From an uncultured Candidatus Saccharibacteria bacterium (GTDB lineage Bacteria; Patescibacteriota; Minisyncoccia; Phycocordibacterales; CAIRYW01), in contig CAYLQP010000002.1 in NCBI GenBank assembly GCA_964386665.1, positions 64,105 to 128,104 on the forward strand: a DNA stretch of 64,000 nucleotides. The letters are read 5' to 3'. The position numbers and the translations under genes are program-made. Below are positions 57,577-64,000 of the stretch, piece by piece. Below the pieces are notes generated by a model that saw only the letters and a program-made list of their open reading frames with translations, made no database searches and had not been told where the DNA came from. Numbering within the stretch: the first letter of the stretch is position 1; each line of letters begins with the position of its first letter.

Positions 57577-59433
57577 CTATTTCTCCAAAATTCGTCGTAG
57601 CACTTCTTCAGGCACTTCTTTTACTACTTCTTCAACTTGTGACTGTTTCTTCTCTTCTACAACGACTGTTTTTTCTACCAGATCTTTTTGTTCCTGTTTT
57701 TGTACTGGCTTTGGCAAAGAAACTTCTTCTCTCTGTTCAACTGAAGTATCTGAAGACGGATCTTGTACTAGTCCTTGAAGCGCAGCTCGCAACTCCGCCA
57801 AATGTTCATTGGTTGGTGCTTTTTTATCTTTTTTGTCAGTATTAAGTTTACCGTTTTGTCGTAAGTAGCTAAGCGAAACTGCCTTTCGAAGAGCCTTCTC
57901 TCTATCATCCCCTGCCTCTTGTTTTGCAAATCGAGAAACAGGAACTTCGCTTCTTTGTTCCCCTCGAGGCATTGCCATATGGGATCTGTTTTGCGTTTGA
58001 GGTTTATCTCCATGCGAACTCCTTGCAGCTTGAGATACCGGCGCTTTATTTGACAACACTGCCTCAAGAGCTTGCTCGATAGGACTTTTCTTTTTTGATT
58101 TGTCATTTGAACCACCATTTACCCCTCTCTCACTTCCTTCTTCGTGCCATCTACGAATACTCTCTTCCACTTCTGCACGAGGTAATGCAAAGGTGCTTCG
58201 TGAAAACTCAACCACCTCATTACGAAACGATTCTGATTCTGGAGCAATCGGCGGAAGCGTGGTTGCAGAAAATGGTCTTGATGTCACTCCATCAATCATA
58301 AGTTTTAAATACACCTGTGCAAAACCAAGGTTTACCAAATCCTCCTGAGTAAAGTAGGGTGCAAATTCTTTTTCCAAAAACTCAGCATCAAATGCCCCTA
58401 CTCGAAACATCGCCATAGTCCCTACGTTTCCAAAGATTGCTGCTCGAACTTCTTCAGTCATCTGTTCGATGTACTGATGAGCCACAATTAAGTTTAACTT
58501 GTACTTTCGAGCTTCCGAAAGAATGTCAGCAAATGATTCATTGGCAAAGTTTTGGAACTCATCCACAAAGAGATAGAAGTTTGGAAGTGTTTTAAGAGTA
58601 CTCTCTGGTACATCAGCACGACTCATTGCAGAAAGATAGATCTTGGTAATAATCATACCCCCAAGAAGGTTTGCGTTTGATTCTCCCACACGCCCTTTTG
58701 AAAGGTTGATAATCACAATCTTCCCTTCATCCATAATTTTTCGAAAATCAAAAGTTGATTTTGGTTGACCAACAATGTTTCGGATAAGTGGGTTTGAGAT
58801 AAATTGTCCAATTTTGTTTTGAATCGCCGCACCTGCTTCCTGCATATACTTAGGTCCATACTTAGCGAACTCATCAACCCAAAACGACTTCACTGCTGGA
58901 TCAGTTACAGCTTCGATGACTTTGTTTCGATATGCTTCATCTGCAAGCATTCGGTTTACTCCAATGATGGTTGAATCTGGATACTCAAGAAGAGCAAGAA
59001 GAATATTGTTCAAAATGTATTCCATTCGAGCACTCCATGCATCAACCCAAATCTTTTTGAATGTCGACATTAATCCGTTGGCTACAAGAAATCTCTTGTC
59101 CGCCCCTACATCTTCCATTACGTTGAATGACACTGGGAAATCGAGATCAAACGGTGCGAAGTAAAGCACATCTTTGATACGCTCTTTTGGAATATAATCC
59201 AACAACAAATCGGCGGTTTTACCGTGCGGGTCGATAAACGCCATTCCGTGTCCTGCCTTAATATCTTGAACGGCAAGGTTTTCAAGTAGTGTTGATTTAC
59301 CCATACCCGTCTTACCTATCACATACATATGTCGACTTCGGTCTTTGGTTTTGATACCAAACTTGAGTTTACGATTTCGAGAATCTGTCTCGCCAAAGTA
59401 CATTATTTTTTCTTGATCTTCGTGTGTAGACAT
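57577..59433 (-). CDS. VirD4/TraG/HerA-like (TrwB-type) P-loop ATPase
   Basis: HMYVIGKTGMGKS, IDPHG, LFVDEFQNF, LSEARKY, AHQY..Q, IFGNVGT. Confidence 0.88.
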   Translation of the reverse strand: MSTHEDQEKIMYFGETDSRNRKLKFGIKTKDRSRHMYVIGKTGMGKSTLLENLAVQDIKAGHGMAFIDPHGKTADLLLDYIPKERIKDVLYFAPFDLDFPVSFNVMEDVGADKRFLVANGLMSTFKKIWVDAWSARMEYILNNILLALLEYPDSTIIGVNRMLADEAYRNKVIEAVTDPAVKSFWVDEFAKYGPKYMQEAGAAIQNKIGQFISNPLIRNIVGQPKSTFDFRKIMDEGKIVIINLSKGRVGESNANLLGGMIITKIYLSAMSRADVPESTLKTLPNFYLFVDEFQNFANESFADILSEARKYKLNLIVAHQYIEQMTEEVRAAIFGNVGTMAMFRVGAFDAEFLEKEFAPYFTQEDLVNLGFAQVYLKLMIDGVTSRPFSATTLPPIAPESESFRNEVVEFSRSTFALPRAEVEESIRRWHEEGSERGVNGGSNDKSKKKSPIEQALEAVLSNKAPVSQAARSSHGDKPQTQNRSHMAMPRGEQRSEVPVSRFAKQEAGDDREKALRKAVSLSYLRQNGKLNTDKKDKKAPTNEHLAELRAALQGLVQDPSSDTSVEQREEVSLPKPVQKQEQKDLVEKTVVVEEKKQSQVEEVVKEVPEEVLRRILEK

Positions 59434-59514
59434 TTATTTAATTATACTGTTATTTTCAAAAAAGGAGAAGGGAAAGAAAGAAGAATATAGAATATAGATT
59501 TAAGAATACAGAAA

Positions 59515-59549
59515 TAAAAAAACTACCAATCAGCTGAAAATTGGTAGTA
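59515..59549 (-). terminator. Intrinsic terminator
   Basis: ACTACCAAT/ATTGGTAGT stem with a U tail on the - strand after the DUF4015 gene. Confidence 0.6.
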
Positions 59550-59555
59550 CTAAAT

Positions 59556-60719
59556 CTATTCTGAAAGAAGTGCACCTGATGTATATTTATTTGACGCATC
59601 CCAAAGAAGCCAGCAATTAAGACCAACGTCATACGTTGACTGGATCTGTGCTCGAACCATCGCCGGAGTGTATGTGGCACCAAGATCGAAGTCCTGAATC
59701 CACGTACAGAGCTTCTGTGGAGTACTTGATGCAGCAATTGCTTTGTCTACTCCACCTTGCATTGCAAGCTTCACAACCTCTCCAGGATTGGCTGCTGGGT
59801 TCTTAAATCCATTCCAACCAGTTGGATAATGAGATGGATAGACCATTGGATATACATAGTCGAAATACTTAAGAGCTACTTCGAGCTTTTGACCAATATT
59901 GAGATCATCGTTATTTGTTGTCGTCATACCAAAAAGATCTCCAGAAATTACAGGTTTGTCTTGAGGGATATTTTCACGCAAGTATGAAAAGAAACGTTCA
60001 ATGTTTGCTACTTTTGTGGTTGAAGCAGGACTCTGTGAAAACCAAATATTTTTCATATCTCCATCGGATGGATATCGGATATAGTCAAAATTAATTTCGT
60101 CAAACCCATCTGCATAGGCAGTTTCTGCAAGTGTAACCATATGCTCCCAATACGGCTCTGCGCCCACATCAACAAATGCCAACCCTTTCCTATCACGCCA
60201 AACACTTCCATCTTTTTTCTTTACAGCAAGATCTGGATGTTTCTTGGTAAAAGTTGAATCCTGAAATACGGTTACTCGCCCAATCACATAAATGTTTTTT
60301 TGGTGTAGCAGATCAACAAACTCTTTCATATTTTTTACAAAACAATTTGTATTGGGTACAAACTCTTCCCCTTCCATAGGATAAGAAACCATCCCTGTAT
60401 AATCTTTGATATCGACAATAATTGAGTTAAGTTCGGTTGTATCAATAAGTTTTACTAAACTATCTTTCCATTCTCCTGTACTTGCAACACAACTCGTCAT
60501 ATAGAGCGCTTTCATCATCTGGGGTCGAGCGACATGAGAAGCTTGTGGGAGAGGAACTTCTGCTACCTTTTCTACAATCACTTCTTCTGACAAAACAGAA
60601 ATATGCTCTCCATAAGAGATTGAAAATATTTTTGGGAGAATAAAGTTACCCACCAAAAACAACAGACAAAAAGCAACACACCAAAAAATAAACTTATTGG
60701 TTTGAAGGAATTTCTTCAT
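59556..60719 (-). CDS. DUF4015 putative glycoside hydrolase, membrane-anchored
   Basis: TELNSI.VDIKD, IYVIGR..VFQD, GFDEINFDYIRYPSDG, PMVYPSHY, WIQDF. Confidence 0.85.
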   Translation of the reverse strand: MKKFLQTNKFIFWCVAFCLLFLVGNFILPKIFSISYGEHISVLSEEVIVEKVAEVPLPQASHVARPQMMKALYMTSCVASTGEWKDSLVKLIDTTELNSIIVDIKDYTGMVSYPMEGEEFVPNTNCFVKNMKEFVDLLHQKNIYVIGRVTVFQDSTFTKKHPDLAVKKKDGSVWRDRKGLAFVDVGAEPYWEHMVTLAETAYADGFDEINFDYIRYPSDGDMKNIWFSQSPASTTKVANIERFFSYLRENIPQDKPVISGDLFGMTTTNNDDLNIGQKLEVALKYFDYVYPMVYPSHYPTGWNGFKNPAANPGEVVKLAMQGGVDKAIAASSTPQKLCTWIQDFDLGATYTPAMVRAQIQSTYDVGLNCWLLWDASNKYTSGALLSE

Positions 60720-60987
60720 CTTGAGTATGGATTCGCTCTACTTCTACTTCAGAAATAATAGGCTTACTTTCAACAAACGTATGCGACTTTCGAGTAACGG
60801 GTTTTTTGGCTTTTTTTATTTCTTTTATCTTTTCATTATGAAGAGCGATGATTTTTACATACAGGAGAATTGCCCCTAGTGTGACAAGCAGGAATGTTTT
60901 AAATGACTGAGGAAAACCCGTCAAAGGAATCACTATAACGAGCGCTCCAATAAGAATAGATAATTTTATTTGATCAATTGTTTTCAT
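60694..60987 (-). CDS. Small two-TM protein
   Basis: LIG..VI.IP.TGFP.SFK hairpin with a charged tail. Confidence 0.7.
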   Translation of the reverse strand: MKTIDQIKLSILIGALVIVIPLTGFPQSFKTFLLVTLGAILLYVKIIALHNEKIKEIKKAKKPVTRKSHTFVESKPIISEVEVERIHTQDEEIPSNQ

Positions 60988-61092
60988 CCCGTTAGAAAAA
61001 GTTAGATAATTGCTTGTAAATATGTAATGCTACGTTTGTTATTTTTTATGTATATTTGATTGAAATGTTTGCACCGTTTTTTCTAACGGGAT
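60986..61092. mobile_element. MITE-like miniature inverted-repeat element
   Basis: Terminal inverted repeats CCCGTTAGAAAAA / TTTTTCTAACGGG flanked by AT on both sides; AT-rich non-coding core. Confidence 0.7.
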
Positions 61093-61117
61093 CACACTCT
61101 CAAGTATAACGAAAAAA

Positions 61118-61789
61118 CTAGTCTGCTTCAACTAAAACAACGAACTCTCCTTTTTGCTTATTTTTATCTTTGGTTAATATATCAAGCAGTTCCGTAGCGC
61201 GTCCAGACAAAAACTCTTCAAAGAACTTTGTAAGTTCACGAGCAATGTATACTTTTTTTTCTGGTGCAAACTGAGACAATGACTCCAAAGCCTTCAAGAT
61301 TCTATGTGAAGATTCATAAAAAATCATTGTGCGTTTCGATGTTGCAATCTCTTTAAAGAGAGTTTCTCTTCCCTTCTTATGGGGTAAGAAACCCAAGAAA
61401 ACAAATTCACCTCCTGTAATACCACTAATTGAATACGCTGACGTAAGGGCGCTAGGACCAGGAATTGTTACGACTTGAAGTGAAGGATCTGTTTCTCGGA
61501 TTTTTTTTATGAGTAAACTTCCAGGATCTGAAATCGCAGGAGTACCCGCATCACTTACAAGAGCGATGTGTTTACCTTCTTGAAGTAAAGAAATTATTCG
61601 GTCAATTTTTGAAAGCGCACTTTTTGAGTGATAACTTTCAGTTGGAGTTTTTATTTCATAATGACTAAGTAACTTTCGAGTCTCGCGAGTGTCTTCACAG
61701 AAAACTAGATCAACTTCTTTAAGTATGCGAAGGGCTCGAAGTGTAATATCTTCAAGATTTCCGATAGGAGTTGCAACAATATAAAACAT
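61118..61789 (-). CDS. rsmI: 16S rRNA C1402 2'-O-methyltransferase
   Basis: VATPIGNLEDITLRA, EDTR, SDAGTP.ISDPG, RELTK..EE, KGEFV. Confidence 0.96.
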   Translation of the reverse strand: MFYIVATPIGNLEDITLRALRILKEVDLVFCEDTRETRKLLSHYEIKTPTESYHSKSALSKIDRIISLLQEGKHIALVSDAGTPAISDPGSLLIKKIRETDPSLQVVTIPGPSALTSAYSISGITGGEFVFLGFLPHKKGRETLFKEIATSKRTMIFYESSHRILKALESLSQFAPEKKVYIARELTKFFEEFLSGRATELLDILTKDKNKQKGEFVVLVEAD

Positions 61790-61790
61790 A

Positions 61791-62048
61791 TTATTCTTTA
61801 GTGTGCATTCGATGAGCCGATTCAAGCTCTTCAAGCAACTCTTTTATACGTTTAATTTCGCTTTGATTTACATTGTATTTTTCTTGAATTTTTGAAAGCT
61901 TGATATTGATAAGCTCACTTACATCTTTGATATATTGATTCAAAATTGACGCAACTTCTTTATCAGCGTATTCATCTTTAAGAACCTCACAAAGAGACAA
62001 CTTCCCTTCTTTTTTTACCCACGATTCTCTAAATTCAATGATGTACAT
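61791..62048 (-). CDS. Hypothetical protein
   Basis: 85-aa ORF tightly packed between radC and rsmI. Confidence 0.5.
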   Translation of the reverse strand: MYIIEFRESWVKKEGKLSLCEVLKDEYADKEVASILNQYIKDVSELINIKLSKIQEKYNVNQSEIKRIKELLEELESAHRMHTKE

Positions 62049-62057
62049 ATGTTTTAA

Positions 62058-62804
62058 TTATTTTTCTAAGATGCTCCGATATCCAGACTTTGTTACTATA
62101 ACATGATCAAGTAATGTGATACCAATAATCTCCCCTGCTTCCTCAATCTGTTTTGTTACCATAATATCAGCTTTACTTGGAGTTGCAATTTGTGACGGAT
62201 GATTATGTACCAAAATGACCGCTGCGGCTGAATACTCAATCGCGGGACGGAATACTTCTCTTGAGTGAATAATATTTGCATCAATAGTACCAACTGACAG
62301 GATTTCACTATGAATTACCTTGTAATGTGTGTTGAGATAGATCCCTCGAAGATGTTCTTTTGGAAGCTCACGCATTTCTTTTGTGTATTCAAATACATCT
62401 TTTGCGGTTCGCAACGTTTTAACCTGACCCGCCTTCTTTTCGAAAAACCTTCTTCCGAGTTCAGCACAAGCTACTACTTGAACCGCTTTTATAAGCGGAA
62501 TATCTAAATCCTTTGCAAGCTTTTTTGGATCAATGTTTTGAGAAAGACTTCTCTCACCATACTCTTTTAGAACCCGAGAAGACATAGCAAGCACGTCTTC
62601 TTTTTTTGTTCCTGTATTAAAAATAAGCGCAAGAAGTTCTGACGAAGAAAGATGTTTTGGTCCCGAAGACAAAATCTTTTCACGAGGTTTATCCTCCGAA
62701 GGCAGATCACGAAACGCGAGCACATATTCACGATTTTTCATCTTTGTATCTTCAAGAAGAGTTGGTGCTGATATGTATGTGTATGTTTTTGTTACTTTCA
62801 TCAC
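62058..62804 (-). CDS. radC: RadC/JAB-domain protein
   Basis: KPREK, LS..ELLA, REVF..A, HNHPS...PS..D, LLDHVI. Confidence 0.93.
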   Translation of the reverse strand: MMKVTKTYTYISAPTLLEDTKMKNREYVLAFRDLPSEDKPREKILSSGPKHLSSSELLALIFNTGTKKEDVLAMSSRVLKEYGERSLSQNIDPKKLAKDLDIPLIKAVQVVACAELGRRFFEKKAGQVKTLRTAKDVFEYTKEMRELPKEHLRGIYLNTHYKVIHSEILSVGTIDANIIHSREVFRPAIEYSAAAVILVHNHPSQIATPSKADIMVTKQIEEAGEIIGITLLDHVIVTKSGYRSILEK

Positions 62805-62817
62805 TTTAAGTTAAAGC

Positions 62818-63939
62818 TTATAAGAAACCAAATGTTGCAAATATATTTTCCAATGTTTCAAGTTCAGAGTCCAAAAAAGATTTAAGGTCTGTTGGTTTTT
62901 CTGGATTTTCTATTTGTGGAAAATCAGGCGACAAAGGTCCAGGACCTGCAACACGAAGCACTGCAGTATAACAATACCTATCTTTATAAATCATATACTC
63001 TCTCATTTTTTCCTGGTTTTGCGTGTTACTTGTCACTGTATAATCGGGATCATAGATTTTAACATCGAGGTTATATTTAGAAATAGACACCGCATCATTT
63101 CGATATGGACACACACCGGGTCGGACAAATATAGAAAAACGCTTCTCCTTCCACATACTATATGTCTTCAGGAATGGTACATTTACCACAACTGCCAGTG
63201 TTTCTGAAACAGTTTTACCATCTTGGATAATTGGACGTGATTCAACCCGAAGTCCCTCAGGATACAAAAAAGAAAACTTGAAATCCTTGTTTTCATACAC
63301 TTTTAAGACACTTTGTTTTGTGTACTCAACTAACTCAGTTCGGTTAAGGATATATGTTTTGATTATGTCTTTTTCTGCTGTTTTGAGCGTAAGAACGATT
63401 TGTCCATTCTTGATGGCCACTTGTTTGTAAGCAAGCACTTCTATATCGCCTGTTGGAGGAATAACCTCAAGTGTCTTTGGATAATTGTCTCGGTTCAGTA
63501 CCACATGAAGCTCTGAGATTTCTTTTCCTTCTGTATAGAGAGTTGTGGCAACCACCGCATCACCATTACCATCACGATCAATATCACCAAATGAATAGGC
63601 GGTGATTTTACTGTACATACCCCCTTTTTTAAATTCCCCATCTTCAAATACCGCTTCAGGTACTCCAGCAATATGATACGTAGCAGAAGCAATATGATCT
63701 AACGTAAGATTGGTTTTGCCATTTAAGATACTCACCCCTTCCATGTCTTCAATACGAACCGGATTAGTATTTTCTGCCACATTTTCTGTACCAACAGGGA
63801 CGGTGTCTATTTGATCGCTTGATCCATCAGATGGATAAAAATTATTTAACAAAAATTTACTTCCAATAATCACCCCTGATACCAAAATAATAACCAGAAG
63901 AAGTTGCTTTAAGTTTTTTTCAATCACATCATTAATCAT
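62818..63939 (-). CDS. Membrane-anchored extracytoplasmic hypothetical protein
   Basis: N-terminal TM; GDIDRDGNGDAVV Ca-binding-like loop; YEN..F.FSF.YP motif. Confidence 0.7.
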   Translation of the reverse strand: MINDVIEKNLKQLLLVIILVSGVIIGSKFLLNNFYPSDGSSDQIDTVPVGTENVAENTNPVRIEDMEGVSILNGKTNLTLDHIASATYHIAGVPEAVFEDGEFKKGGMYSKITAYSFGDIDRDGNGDAVVATTLYTEGKEISELHVVLNRDNYPKTLEVIPPTGDIEVLAYKQVAIKNGQIVLTLKTAEKDIIKTYILNRTELVEYTKQSVLKVYENKDFKFSFLYPEGLRVESRPIIQDGKTVSETLAVVVNVPFLKTYSMWKEKRFSIFVRPGVCPYRNDAVSISKYNLDVKIYDPDYTVTSNTQNQEKMREYMIYKDRYCYTAVLRVAGPGPLSPDFPQIENPEKPTDLKSFLDSELETLENIFATFGFL

Positions 63940-64000
63940 TATCTTGTGTTTTGGTTTTATGTATAAGACTATAAATATCTGCTTTTGCCTGTTCAGGGTT

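Noticed and set aside
1-64000. CRISPR, TIGR or other regularly spaced repeat arrays; tRNA and rRNA genes
   Set aside because: I found no periodic repeat-spacer pattern, cloverleaf or rRNA signature in the intergenic regions by eye; a dedicated scan was not possible.
63932-64000. 3' end of an upstream - strand gene (NPEQAKADIYSLIHKTKTQDND*)
   Set aside because: Too short to identify, and the reading frame is ambiguous at the window edge.

Overview
This is an AT-rich, gene-dense bacterial chromosome segment, probably from a Patescibacteria/CPR (Parcubacteria-like) genome. That assignment is an inference from the gene content (short SMC, stand-alone VirD4/HerA-like ATPase, DUF4015, UvrD-PD-(D/E)XK fusion, many orphans) and from the many leaderless-type promoters. 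It uses genetic code 11. Housekeeping genes include hisS (3' end), zwf-gnd, rsmG, rnr, smc, rmuC, secA, murB/C/D, rsmI and radC. The window also holds a Fur/Zur-ZIP-YibE metal module, a 1.4-kaa surface protein and a ~20-kb glycosylation locus. I saw no CRISPR array, rRNA, tRNA or transposase. The most notable unexplained structures are: (1) a promoter- and terminator-bounded ~80-nt RNA upstream of murB that is complementary to the tip of a long murB leader hairpin, with a terminator-like hairpin inside the first murB codons (a candidate sRNA-gated switch); (2) seven small + strand orphan genes, most with their own promoter and each with a terminator at or near the stop codon; (3) a three-way-junction palindromic element after gnd; (4) a 107-bp MITE-like insertion in a start codon; (5) a DUF218-like gene flanked by a duplicated murD 3' end; (6) a 32-aa histone-H1-like peptide missed by the ORF track. 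All protein calls come from recognising motifs by eye; no database searches were run.
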